64,000 nt of DNA, taken from NCBI GenBank assembly GCA_036172245.1, contig JAYWIR010000021.1, forward strand, positions 1,178,001-1,242,000, in the 5' to 3' direction. A program made the translations under genes and the position numbers. The stretch comes from Raillietiella orientalis (Eukaryota). Positions 35,150 to 47,480 of the stretch are shown piece by piece. Positions within the stretch are counted from its first letter, which is position 1. Each line of letters begins with the position of its first letter. The notes beneath the pieces were generated by a model. That model was not told where the DNA came from, did not search any database, and saw only the letters and a list, made by a program, of their open reading frames with translations.

Positions 35150-37257
35150 TTCCACCTCCGCGTTCGCGGGAGCGCCCGCTGGTCGGCGAGCTCCCATCGC
35201 CAGGAAGCGCGCGGAGCGAAAATTCCCACGGGCTCACTCGAGCCGACGGGCTTCCGTGAAGAGAAAGGAGAGCGCGGGGTGCGGCGTCCGGCTGCGGCGA
35301 CCTCCGCGCTCGACGCTGAACGTCGCGGGTTCGAATCCCGCCCGAGGACGGGTCGACGCCGGGCAATGAAGGGCGCATCGTGGGGTTTCGAGTGTCCCTC
35401 GCAGGATGGCGCTGGTGGACCTCGGCCGGCTCCGGGTGCGGGCGGCACTGGTTGACACCCGGACACACCGCAGCGTTTGTTTATAAAAAACAAACATTCA
35501 CGTCACGTGACAGGACGTTTGATCCTGCCATGCTGCTTACAACTACGAAAAGGACCTGCCGGGAACTGGTATGCAGTCCAGCAGGGTTTACCTCGTCAGC
35601 ACAGGGGAAGGAGAGACAAATAAAAAGAAAAAAAAAATAAAACAAAAAACATACAGTCAAAAAAATGGAAGGGGGGTGTTTCGGGAAGGGATCACTGTGT
35701 GCTGGAGGGTGTCCTCTGCATCCTTGTAAGGATACCGGCAAGTTACTGTTTTATGGTTCCCAGATGGGGCCATCTTGACGCTGTCCTCATGAAGAGGACA
35801 ACAAAATACATGGCGTCCCTGTCGTCTTGGCCTCCTGGCGTTGCTCCATGCAGCCACGGTCCTGCCGCGTAGGCAGCAAAGTACTGCTAGGGATGCGGCC
35901 TGCCGGTGTGAGGGCGCTCGCAAGAAGAGGCGCTTTCAAACGTCTCTGGCATTGAAGCCGGGGGTTCCAAGGATTGTGGCAAAGCGTCCCCAAAGGGGTC
36001 GGAGGTCAACACAGTCCACTAGGAGTTGCGGGAGGGATTCCGCGCACCTTGCGCAGTTTGGAGGTCCACACGCTCCCGTGTCCAGTGATGCTGGCAGGCG
36101 TTGCACGGGAGGCCCCAGTGCAGCAGCATCTGTGCTGACTCCTGCCACTTCAAGGGGAGGGTGCGGGTGTGTGTGAGCACCGGGGGCCACTGCAGGTCTT
36201 CCTCTGGAATACCCAGTAGCACTCCCCAGCGCAAAAGTCCACGAGGTCGAGCACTCGGGGTCGCAACGTCAGTGACCTGGCCCATCGTCCGCTCGCCCAG
36301 TCATTTTCTCCTTCCGGAGATTTCCACAGTAACCTCCCATCTGGCCGTAAGGCTGCTGTCCAGATGCTCCCTAAGGAAGGGCAGCGCAGCGGCGAGGGAG
36401 GTGCAGCACTGGTGGAAGGCGGATGTTCTCATCGACTGACCAGAATTGGAAGTTGACCCTCCCTGGTCCTTCTAGGACATCAAGGAGCCCTTCGGAGTTC
36501 CCCTCCTCCTCTTTCGTGAAAAGGAAGCCCCCTCCACTCCATCGAATCCGATGGAGCTGGTTGATGCCTTCCCAAAGTGTGGTGGTGAAGAAGCGCGCTG
36601 TTCCCTCTTCGGGGAGCTCCCTTCAAGGAAGATCGGGAGCCGGGGGTCCCTACGGAGAGAAGCAGGACGAGATGGTTCCCTTCGGGTTTCCCTTGGGAGA
36701 CAACCAGAGCGAGGGTTCGGAGCTCCTACCCAAGCGTAAGAGGAACGGACTTCTTCCTCCGGAGCCTTCCTGGATTCATAGGGCGGCCCTGCAGGGTTAC
36801 CCCCGTAACTTGAAGCTCTTTGCTGCCTACGTGGGATTGCAGCAGCCTGGAGCCACGCGAAAGGAGGACGGCGCGACAGGGACGCCATTTGCTTCGCCGT
36901 GAGTTTCCTGAGGACGGCAGCAGGATGGTCCCACCTGGGGTCATACTCATGTGAGGACTTTCCGGCATCCTGGAAAGGGTGCAGAGGACGCCCTTCAGCA
37001 AACAGCAATCCCTTCCAGTGCTCCCCAGAGCGTTTTTTTTTATTGATTTTCAATTTATTTTTATTTCTGTTTGCCCCTCCGCTGTCGAGGCGAACCCCGC
37101 CGACCTGTATACCGGTCACTCGGCAGGTTCCGAACATTTTCGGACAATGTAGGTCCGATAGGCCTATACCTATATGTTTATTATTTTTCATAATATGTTC
37201 CGCCCCGGCGTTCCCGGATGTTAAACCTACAACTTGAAACCTACAACCTACTTACAC
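35150..37257 (+). mobile_element. Family A LINE derivative: ORF1 part fused to extreme 3' end, interrupted by an insertion at 35453-36405
   Basis: 35325-35452 and 36406-36815 match 5760-6410; 36816-37220 match the post-zf-RVT/3' UTR of other copies; ends in an AACCTAC-like short repeat tail. Confidence 0.75.
35453..36405 (-). mobile_element. 5'-truncated family A LINE inserted in reverse orientation
   Basis: LLHWGLPCNA...CARCAESLPQLLVDCVDLRPLW, T-rich 3' UTR, flanked by GCACTGGT at 35445-35452 and 36406-36413. Confidence 0.75.
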
Positions 37258-37399
37258 GCCCACCAGTGGTGCTGGGATGGACGGCGGTGCGGGTGCTCGT
37301 GAACTTGGGAGACACGTGCGAAACCTCTCTGAGAGGTTCACAGCCCCCCGTGGCACTCCGGGCAGGAAGAGTAGCGTGAGGCAGAACCCGCGTTCGGAC

Positions 37400-40300
37400 G
37401 ACGGGCAACCCTGCCCGTCTCCTACCGCGAAGGGAGAACCTCGTGGAAGTTCGGGTCCTTCCCGCGCGAGGCATCCTGGTGTCCGGGAAACTGCAGGACC
37501 GGACGGCACCGGCACTGCGTCACGGGACCTCAAACTCCGTCCCGAACCTCCTGGACGCCGCACGCTGCCTGGGAATCCGGGAGGAAAGCTTCCGTTCTGG
37601 GCGGACGTGACTCCGCCACGGAGGGGGCCACGCCTGCAGGGGGGGTCAAGTGGTCGAGATGCCGGAGGGAACCCGGAACGAGTGGCCGTGGCAAGGCAGC
37701 GGACGCCGGCCTCCCTGAGGGCTTCGCTTTTGTTTCGGACCAGTCGCGGGGATACGCCTGCGGTCTCGGAGCAGGTGCCGGAGGGCACCACCAGATCCCC
37801 TGGCTCCGCCGCAGAGTGCAGTGTTCCCGGTGTCTAGTCCTTCCGGCGGTTAGGGGAAGGACGGAAGGAGGGGGGCAGGGAGGATGCGGACGGGGGTCGC
37901 AGCGCCTGGAGCGCTTCCCGCGCTGGAAGCGAACGAAGTCCGAGGCCAGCAAAGCGCAGAGCCCGAATTCACTTCCGGTCGAGCGACCTATGCATCTCCC
38001 GTGCCCTTCTCCGCTCTCGAACCCGCGGCCACCGCAGGTGCCGACGGGGGTGAGAGAGGTCAGTCTCTGGGGGCCGTGCGCGGGACCCCTCCACCGCGCG
38101 CACGTGTTGCCGCACGTGGAGTGCGGGAGGTCCCTGAGCGCAAGGGGACTGCCAGGCGCCAAACCCTCCCCCATACTCCCACTCCTACTCCCATTCGGTG
38201 CACGTGAGGCTGCACGCGGAAAACAGTGCGCGCGCCGCCGTCCGCGGTAGTCACCAGTGTCGCTCTCAGACTGGTTCCGTGAGCGGTGCTCTGCAGGTGC
38301 ACCCAAGGCGTTGCGATCTCACACGTCTGACCCTCCTCCGATGGTCCAAAGCCTTCCGGATGCCCCACGCCTCGTCCTCTCCCGCCTCTCCAGATGCCTA
38401 CACTTCTCTTCCTGAAGTGCGTCCAGAGGGAATCCCGTGCTGGAGGGAGACGGGGAGAAGGCTCTGGTCCGGTTCCGAGGGCAACCAGGAGGTAGCTCTT
38501 CGGATTTGGAAATGGAAGTAGGGCGCCTGGGCAGAAGCTGCTTGCAAGAGGAGAACAACGAAGGTTGCCCGAGGCGACCCCGCGACCCCTCGACAGTCAG
38601 AGACTCCTGCGCTGGAAGAGCAGCAGCATCGGAGAGAAGCTGAAAGCCGAGTCCACGCAGCACATCCCGGACTCCACCGAGCTCCACCTCTAGACGCCGG
38701 TAGACGGTGCTTGACGGGAGACTCCTCGTGACTCCACCGGTGGAGAGCTCTGGTCACCTGTGAGAAGCGCTTCTGCGGCATCCTTCTTCGGCGAAACATC
38801 GGGTTCTTCCGTGTCCCCCTCGGACGAATTTCCTTGGTGGGGTCTCGGGGCAACACCTCCCATTCTTCTGCGCCTGGCTCTCTCCCTTCCCTTTCTCCTC
38901 AGTGACTGTCTCCCAGAGAGCGGTTACAACGAGACGAGACCCCCTGCCACGTGATCCAGCATCCGGCGTTACCGGATCGCAGCGAGTTCTGGAACGGCTA
39001 CCCTTTCCTCCGAGGCCCCTTCTCGAGGCCACTGCCCTCCACAGAATCAAGTCAAGGTTCGGGACGGCGGAACGCCCTGGGGATCTTGCGCGACCTCCGT
39101 GCCCGTGTTCGGTTAAGCATCACCCTGGTCGGCGACCTCAACGATCAGGGGAGACCTCCGGAAGGCGTCCTGGAGAGGGCCCTGGGAGATCTGCTGGGCA
39201 AAAGGAAACAGGAAGAGAGGGGTCCAGAAAATGACTCTTCCCCACCGAGTACGCTTGCCTCAGGGGACAGGGAGAGAGGACCCTCTTCCAAGAACTCCCC
39301 CCTTCTCTCTCTCTCTCCCTCCCCGATCCTGACTGTCGCGGGCGTTTTCGATGTGCAGATTGACCTCACCCGGATTCTGGATCGGCAGAGACTGCCGCTG
39401 ATCTCTCCGCGGATCTGCGCACCGGAAGCCCCTTTCAGGGATCCTACGCGACAAATTACCGCCATCTGGTTCGGGTCCAGCTTCTTTCTCGGCTCCGCCC
39501 CGAGGACGCTACTGCCCTTCTTCCGTGCCGCGACCGCGGCGTGGCGCTCGAGGATGCCGGTCTCCTCTCGGCTCTGCTGGACCTCAGCGCTCGCACCGCC
39601 GAGCGGCGAAGCGGAGAACCAGCCGCGCTTGCAGCCGAGGAGTCGACTCTCTCGGACCCACCTGTCTGTAGGCAGGACTCCGGAAGCCCCGGAAGGCGCC
39701 TTCTCCGCAAGCGCCTTGTGCCCCGTCCAGACCCTGAACTACCTTATTCTTTGGACACGCCGTGGACCAGACAGACCAAATGCCCTCGGGTCTCGCCTCT
39801 GGCGGGGAACAGCCCGGAAGCCGCTAGTCATCTTCTCGCCAGAATTCGTCCATCTCCTGGACCTTTCCCTTATCCTCCCCCTCATTGGTCTCCAGACTCT
39901 TCGACGGCCTTCGCAAGTGGACAGATCACGCTTCCGGATGCCCACAAGCACCCGGTCGTGGGTCATCCATGGATCCAAGGGGAAGGTGAGAGATGGGGGA
40001 CGAGGCGCAGCACCAAAGGTGGAAGAGGAAGCTCAAGGGATTCCGGTCCCCCTCCCTCTGGAAGACTCCAGGAAAGAGGAGGCGGGGGGCGAGTTCGTCA
40101 GAGATGCGGTCACCGGCAGCGACCCTGGGGGCGTGCAGAGCACTCTCTTATTTCCTGCTCCCGTTCGCCTTCACCCTGGTCAGGGCATGCGCGCGCCCTC
40201 TGAGGTCTCCACTCCAGCAGCAAAGCACCGCTCCAGCATCCACAGACTTCGCCGCAGATCGCTCCGCGGGTGCTACGGATCGAAACCACGCTGGATCGCC

Positions 40301-40400
40301 GGACACGACGGGGGCCGCTGAGCGCAGTATGGAAGAGAAAAGGAGGGAAGGTGAGGGAGGGATGAGGGACAATCGGGGGCTGACGGGGTTTTTCGGACGA
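37400..40400 (-). mobile_element. I-clade-like LINE remnant: RT, thumb, RNase H (copy C)
   Basis: RT IRGEISGSLCRSRIRVR..PEASVLG (cf. PQGSVLG); thumb IRRATSWLPSEPDQSL; RNase H PNGSRS (cf. TDGSK), RDLPHST, TGSEFGLCAL, WVPS-like. Confidence 0.55.
39053..39712 (+). repeat. 660-bp near-identical direct repeat, copy 1
   Basis: Aligns to 42295-42953 with roughly ten differences by eye. Confidence 0.98.
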
Positions 40401-40449
40401 ACAAGCTTGTGACCTGAGAGCGGGGTCCACGAAACACTCCGCTGGAACG

Positions 40450-43400
40450 TCCTCGGTTGCCACTGTGGAAGGGAGGCGACGACCCGTGAGCAGGAGTCCC
40501 AGGAAGAGATGCTTGTCGGGACATCAGGGCGTCGCGGACAGAAGGCAGCTGGGTCAGCGCGCTCCCCTCCTTCCCCCCCATCCTCCGCGGCATCTCCATG
40601 ATGGCCCATCCGCGGAAAGGAGGAAGCGCCTTGACCTCTTCCTGCCTCTTCTCTCCCACCCTCGCCTGTCTCGTGTCGTCAGGTGGCAGGAGGAATGGGA
40701 TGAGGGTGACCCCCCTCCCTGCCACCTGCACCAGCTCGGTCGGACGCCCGGCACCCCCGTCCGCTGTCTCGTCGGCTCAACGCCTTCGGCGGCGCCGCAC
40801 GACACAGGGTGGGGCATCGTTGGAAGGCGTGACGCTCCCGCGTGGACGGCCTACGGCTCCTAACCCGAGTCTCGCCGCCCCTCCGCAGTCCGGTCACCTG
40901 ACCCACAGTCTCTCCTCTCACCCCCAGACCCCACCTCACCGAATTCTTTGCTTCCCTCTTGTGAGAGGAGGAGCTCGCTCTCAGGTTTCCCTTGGTCGCT
41001 TCCATGGCAACCGGACCCACTCCTCCGAGGTGCGCTTGCTGGTAGGCACCCCGATCACCTCCTCCTAGCCTCTCTCCCAGAAGCTTCCGCGCGCAGGAAG
41101 AGAAAGGGGAGAGAAGGATGGGCGGACGCATCCCGGAGGAAGAGGAGCTAGAAAATGACTCCCGGTAGCGGCACCGCTCTCCCTCCTTCCGGGTACGAGA
41201 AGGGGGAGGAGCCCCCGACCACGACGGAACTCGGAACCCCTCGCTCGATGACTCCGGGCAGACGAGCGCTCTATCTCCCTCACCCATCCGACCCCCGATC
41301 TGGATGCGGTAAGAGGTGGCTCCAGAAAGGCTAGGCCGCGGGCGATATCGCCCGCCCCCCTTCTCCGTCTGCCTTCGCCCGCCACAGGGACAACAGACTG
41401 CTGAGTGGAAATTCATCCCTCTTTCTTCTCTGCCCTTATCCCTACTTTATCCCTTTTCCGCTTTTCTGAAAAGGGAGGAAGTTCCAGAGACGACTCCCTG
41501 GGGCCTCCGCAGAGCCATCTCTCCTGATCTCCTGGAACTTTGACTGCCTCCAGACCCTGAGCGATCCTCCCGGGGAGGAGGTCTCCCGGGAGGAAGATTA
41601 CCACGTGTAGGGTAGGGGGACTAGTCCAGCTGGAAACCGTACGTTCCCGTCCCCAGCGGGACGGGGGGGAGGACACCTCTTTCGGCCAATGCACCGCATG
41701 CGCCATCTCCCGGGAGTACTGGAAGTCGGTGGACGAAGCTCCGGCGAGGGGGGCGGGCCGAGGGCGCGGACGGACGGTTATGGAAGTCTTCCAGTCTCCC
41801 CGCTCTTCATCCCCCTCCGGTCCATTCGCGACCTCCAGAATAGGCCCCGGAGCTCACGCGACCAGGCCCCAGCCGACTGGGGCCGCTTCCCGGTGGCTCC
41901 TGAGGCTCTTCCCGGTTTCCGAAAGAAAAGTGGGAACAGGATCAAGGCGCTCCCGGGAGGCTAGGGAGGCGGAGTCTCCGGAGGCCCCGTTCCTCGTTGC
42001 GGTGCGGGAGGGCGGATCCACTCACGAGCCAGCTCTTCCGGGAGACGGAGCCCATCCAGAGGGCGTATTCCTCTCCCCTTTCCACTGGCTAGGAGGAGTC
42101 TCGCGAATCCTTCGTGAGCCCTGGGGGAAGGAGGGTACTTCCCCTCTTTCTTTTGGGTTCTAAGAGGAGTTCCTCCGGATGGAGAAAAGCCAGACGGTCA
42201 CAAGGAGGTCACGCAAGCGCCCAGGACGTTCCGCCGCCCGCCGGTTCAGTGAGGGGGGAGGATGGCGTCTTTCCAAACTTCCGCCCTCCTCTGGCAAGGT
42301 CGGGACGGCGGAACGCCCTGGAGATCTTACGCGAACTCCGTGTCCATGTTCGGTTAAGCATCACCCTGGTCGGCGACCTCAACGATCAGGGGAGACCTCC
42401 GGAAGGCGTCCTGGAGAGGGCCCTGGGAGATCTGCTGGGCAAAAGGAAACAGGAAGAGAGGGATCCAGAAAATGACTCTTCCCCACCGAGTACGCTTGCC
42501 TCAGGGGACAGGGAGAGAGAACCCTCTTCCAAGAACTCCCCCCTTCTCTCTCTCTCTCCCTCCCCGATCCTGACTGTCGCGGGCGTTTTCGATGTGCAGA
42601 TTGACCTCACCCGGATTCTGGATCGGCAGAGACTGCCGCTGATCTCTCCGCGGATCTGCGCACCGGAAGCCCCTTTCAGGGATCCTACGCGACAAATTAC
42701 CGCCATCTGGTTCGGGTCCAGCTTCTTTCTCGGCTCCGCCCCGAGGACGCTACTGCCTTTCTTCCGTGCCGCGACCGCGGCGTGGCGCTCGAGGATGCCG
42801 GTCTCCTCTCGGCTCTGCTGGACCTCAGCGCTCGCACCGCCGAGCGGCGAAGCGGAGAACCAGCCGCGCTTGCAGCCGAGGAGTCGACTCTCTCGGACCC
42901 ACCTGTCTGTAGGCAGGACTCCGGAAGCCCCGGAAGGCGCCTTCTCTGCAAGCATCCTTGAGTCTCTCCTCTCCCTCCCGCCGTCAGCTTTCGGGATCTT
43001 GAGGGGCGCGGATGCTCCGGCAAGCGGTCCTCCTGAAAGGTCCTCCTCGATCCAAGACCGGCCCTCTGGTTCCGGCAAGGTGGCTCCCGTCTCAATACGT
43101 CTCTCCAATAACTCTTCCCAGCCACTCATCAGACCAACCGATCCTCGAGCGATTTGGTCCCGAGGATGGAAGCTGCTAAACACAATAGCAGATCAAGAGG
43201 TGGGGGGAAGGAGAAGGATAGGGAGGGGGAACACAAGGAGAGAAGAGGTACAGAAAAGAAAAAGGAAAGTGGGACCCTGCCACGTCCTCCCCTACTCTGC
43301 TTCCCCCCCCCTCGCTCACACACGAACGCGTCCGCTCTCCTCTCCGGTGAGGTGAGACCTCCTGGCGTGTGCGCCGGGAGGTCTCAAAGCCAAAATCAGG

Positions 43401-44610
43401 GTCACAGGCAAAATCAGGGTTTGTGGTGGAACAGGAAAAGGACACGCAGGAGCCAGGAGGGGAGAGCCTCCCCCTTTCGAAGGAAGGGGTTGAATCGAGT
43501 CGGGCAGCCGGGTGCGTTCATCCGGCGCAGATTCCACACGGTCCCCTCCTCCGGCTTACGGATCGCCAGCCAGGGTGTCGCCGGCCTGCAAGAAGAAGGC
43601 TGGGGATGCTCTAGCCGCAGCGAAGCCAACTCTCGTGCGACCTCTCGTCTCAGCGTGGTCGGGGTAATGGAGACCCATCCGGTTCGTTCTACCGGAGGGA
43701 AGGCTCTCACCACTGCGGAAGATCCGGGAATCCAGAAACCGGGTCGGCGGCAGATGCGCCCTCTTCTGAGAAGCAACCGCTCTTCTCCCACCGTTCCCTC
43801 CTCCTCTCGAATGTTCCTGGAGCTGCCGGGAGCGTCCTGAAGAGTGGATCCAGACCGAAACGTTCTTTGGGGTTTCCTTCGTACGGAACGAACGATCTGG
43901 AGCACCTGCGGGTGCTCACGCCCCGCGACTACGTCTTCCGCTCTGGCTCCCACACTTCCTGCTCTCTTCCCCAGACCAGAGATGCACGGCAACGGCTGCC
44001 CTGAGACGTCCGGTGGAAACGCCTCCGAGGCCTTGAGTCTACTCGCCCACGTCAACCACCGCCTCAATACAGTCCAGAGCACTCTCTCCGAGTCAAAAAA
44101 AAAAACATGCCTGGAGGAGCTTGGCGATGGCGGCGGCTTTGAGGATGACCACACGACCGTGAAAGCGTGGAGAGCACCGGGATGACAGAGGGGGACCAGA
44201 GCGTAGTCACGTCACACCATCCATTCGTACGCCCCTGGAGCTCGGTCAGCACAGCCCCTCACCATCGAGAGGCGCCGGCTGTCTGCGGAAGAAGTGCCAA
44301 CAACAGCCGGTATCTTGAAGATGCCCAGACAGAGAGAGAGCCTTCCGGCAGCCAAACCTGAAGCGTCAACTAGGAATGCCGAATAGAGGCTTCGCCCTCG
44401 CCAGCAACAGCAGTCCCTCTCGGAGTGTGTTCTGCCATCTCGGGAGCGGGATCTCACCCCTCTTCCGCTTCCTCACCCCTCAGGATGGGTATGTGCGGAA
44501 TCCACCGGGCGAGAGAAAGCCAACGCGCCGGGGCAGGGCCATGGAACTCCTCGGTTTCAGAGCAAAGCACTACACCAAGGACACCAACTGCAGATGACCC
44601 CTTCTGCCAT
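40450..44610 (-). mobile_element. I-clade-like LINE ORF2 remnant: APE, RT, RNase H (copy B)
   Basis: VICSW start, APE-like stretch 44600-43800, RT SGVLPTDRW..CKRG, ILERHA..RKKGSS, PEASVLG; RNase H VIFLPGDL..IAQGLE, FRVPSWSG. Confidence 0.55.
42295..42953 (+). repeat. 660-bp near-identical direct repeat, copy 2
   Basis: Aligns to 39053-39712. Confidence 0.98.
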
Positions 44611-44679
44611 GGGAGCGGGCTGGACACTCGGAAGCTGGGTGGATCCACCGGTGCTGCCGAGTTCGGGTTCGTGAGCGAT

Positions 44680-45620
44680 GGCGGCAGGCGATACCTGCTC
44701 GAGTCGGGAATCGCCTTCTTCCAGCGAAGGAGCTTCCGACCGGTGGTCCTTCGATGAGGGAAAAGGATGGCAGCGCCTCCTCGAGGAGCAGCAGGCAGCA
44801 CTCCAAAAACAGCGCTCGACCATGGCCACCCAGCAGGCTCTCCTGCAGGTTACTCTTCGCCAGTTAGCGATGCTCAGAGAATCCTCCATGATCAGAGAGT
44901 GGTGGATCCAGGGGCGCGCGCAGACATGACGCGTGTTTTCGCGGGGAGCCGACAGGACGGGAACTGCTTGGCACGTTCGAACCGACGATGCCCGTGCTGC
45001 TCAGTCAAGTGCTGAGAAGAGACGATGCCCGTGCTGAGAGATGCTGATGCGTCTGATCGAAATCTGGGATTCCTCCCAAACCACGGTGCCGAGTGAAGAG
45101 CTTTCTGAGCACAGCACGTGCCGAACCGCAAGGAGCGCTTTCGCTGTCGTTTTCTGGTTTCTTTGGAATGGCAAGTCGGCGGCATCTCCGGAGCACAGAC
45201 GAGAAGCAACTGCCGCGGAATACCGCGCTTTGGGAACTGGGATTCGGAAACGGCCGGAGGTGCTGCCCGGTGCACCGGGTCGTGAGGATCGCTGAAAAGA
45301 AGGGAGCGAATGGCCGGCCGGAAGTGGACCGAAGTCGATTCGAGGGCAGCTCCGCACGACGAACGGTCATGCGTGGTGCATAGGAATTAGCCTTGAGAGG
45401 AGAGCTCGAGAATCATCCTTCTCGGTGCCCCCCCGGCTGCAACCAGCGAGGAGCATCTCGGACTCGCAGGCAGCGAAAGTTCCACGACAGTTTGTCCCAG
45501 AGAAGGATTCGTCTTGCCGGGTCGCAGGGAAAGGGGGTAATGCCAGGTACGACGCAAATCCTGCCCAGGGTGGAAGAAGCTACGAGTGAGAGAAATCTTT
45601 CCACCCTTCCTGGAGGAAAC
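44680..45620 (+). mobile_element. Possible Gypsy gag remnant
   Basis: Q/L-rich coil LLEEQQAALQKQ..QQALLQ, then ATAAEYRAL and SIRGQL (cf. IRDQL); weak. Confidence 0.35.
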
Positions 45621-45654
45621 ACCGCACACTTCAGTCATGGATTCGGGGGGGCTT

Positions 45655-47480
45655 TTCGCCCGGTTGCGCCGGGGCGCTTATTAAAAAATACAACTACATA
45701 AAAAACAAGGAACGTTGCTCCCTGTGAATCGAATAAGAATAAACAAAAGGAAGTTCATCAGGGGAGGACTGGCAGGACGGAGAAGAAATTTCTGCATCAC
45801 TGAGGGAGTGAGGAGATGAACAAATGAATAAATCTTCAGTGGGCGGGGAAGGGGGACACCGGGATTGCTGCTTATTTTCTAAATTGTTCGTGCAATGCTG
45901 CTGATCTCCCTGCTGACTTCCTGTTTCAGATGAGACCACCTGCTTGCCTTTCTTCAGAAAGTCGATAGCGATGCAGGCAGCCTCTCGCTATCGCTGATGC
46001 AGCCCCAGCGAGTATCGGGGGCGGTGAGGATTCCGCGGATGCAACACGAAGTCGCGATCACGGCGGCAGCTCACAGCCCATCTCGGATAAAGAAGCGGCG
46101 CAGCAGTTCATCAGGAGCATCTTCCGGGTGGAGAAGGGCTGAAGTCCGCCTCTTCCACAAAGGATGGATGACGCCGCAGTTCATCAGCAGGTGGGGGAGC
46201 GATTCGATCTCCGCCCACCTGGCACACTCCGCAGAAACACTCCCACTCTCCACTGTGGTGCATGCGCTCGTTGCAAGGAAGACCCCAATGCAAGAACGGC
46301 ACCACCTCGTGCTGCCACGGGAGAGGGAGGACAGAAGAATCTAAACACGGGGGAGGGCCACAGAGTTCTTCCTGGAGCACACTCAAAGGGCTGGTCCACC
46401 GGCGAAATCCCTTCGCCTGCAAACAGGGCGTAGCCGCGTCGGCCAGCACTTTCGCGGAGAATCCGCCCAGGAGGAATTCTTTTTCCCACTGCGTCGATGT
46501 TTCAGGAAAACTCCCACCTAGCAGGTAGGCAACTTAACACTGTCATTGCTTTTCCCTAGGGAAGACAGAGCTGCGGCCCAAGGTGTGGCGGATGCAGGGG
46601 CCCACTTGGTAGGTTCGTCGACGATTCTCTTCAGGGGCATCCTTCCGAACCGGAACAAGATCTTCAGAGTTGGTGGATTCGGGGATGCTGAGAACACTTT
46701 GGGCTCTTCAACGGATCGCAACACGGAGAGAAGGGCCATCTGCGGCTTGAGGGTTAAGAAACGGCCGAACTCTTGTCGAACAGTGGTCGTGGCGGCGACC
46801 CGCACGAAGGGGGTAAAAACCCCAGATGGGCAATTTTTTCTACACTGCACCGAAAGGGCCGTACTTTTCGTGGAACCCTCCCTTGAGAATCTGAATCAGC
46901 AGCTGTATAAGTCGAAGGACGCCACTGAATTAGTTAGGGCCGACAATTGAATTTCGAAGATGGGTTGACAGAAAACTTTGCTAATAAGGGCGAGATGGAT
47001 CGTACCTCGAAGGCAATCATAAAGCGTAAGACAAATACAAAGAGCACTCCCCACATTTAAGAAGAAGGGAGCGGACGGATGAGGGCGGCACCAACGTCTG
47101 AAAGCGGTTGGTTGGTGATGAAACATCTTACCGTCGTCAACCGGATGAATTTCTTTCAAAATTTAATTGTCCTGCTTGCCACGAGTATCAGCAAACTGAA
47201 TGTCATGGAACCGCGGGTCTCAATCGCAAAAAAAACCGCTCGGGACGACTCCCCGAGTAAGCAACGGATAATCTTCAGACTAACGAGCGAAGAGAGTTCC
47301 GCAACTCCATCTCAAAAGGAACAACATGGGTGTCCACAGTGACCCTCTGCGTGCTCCCTCGTTGCTATTACTATGATTACAGAGATGCGAGAGGGAGCGC
47401 ACGGAGTCACAAAAGGGTTTCCTTCCTGATGCCACTCTGCGACGGTCGGGATGCGAACCCCGAATCTGGGCAGCATATCC
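45655..47480 (-). mobile_element. L1/Tx1-like LINE RT to 3' end remnant (family A or relative)
   Basis: VRSLSHLCN (cf. RPISLLN), KKFIRL..ITNQPLS, FDLYS, FLHWGLPCNER..ECARWAEIESLPHLLMNCGVIHPLW, terminal hairpin 45659-45673. Confidence 0.75.

Noticed and set aside
35325..35347. tRNA T-arm/B-box-like GCGGGTTCGAATCCCGC (variants at about 5762 and 28965 minus), suggesting a tRNA gene or tRNA-derived SINE
   Set aside because: No cloverleaf or clear A box; in all copies it lies at the zinc-knuckle position of LINE ORF1 (after PGEPRPC / QPR..CARC), so coding origin is the simpler explanation. tRNAscan-SE would settle it.
39053..42953. 660-bp direct repeats as the LTR pair of an LTR retrotransposon
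   Set aside because: No TG...CA ends, PBS, PPT or TSD; the repeat itself encodes LINE RT motifs and the interior resembles thumb/RNase H
38951..43355. Long plus-strand ORFs of 456 aa and 413 aa (also 19453-20451, 33803-34867)
   Set aside because: R/P/S/G-rich, no recognisable domain, mostly antisense to retroelement remnants; expected in GC-rich DNA
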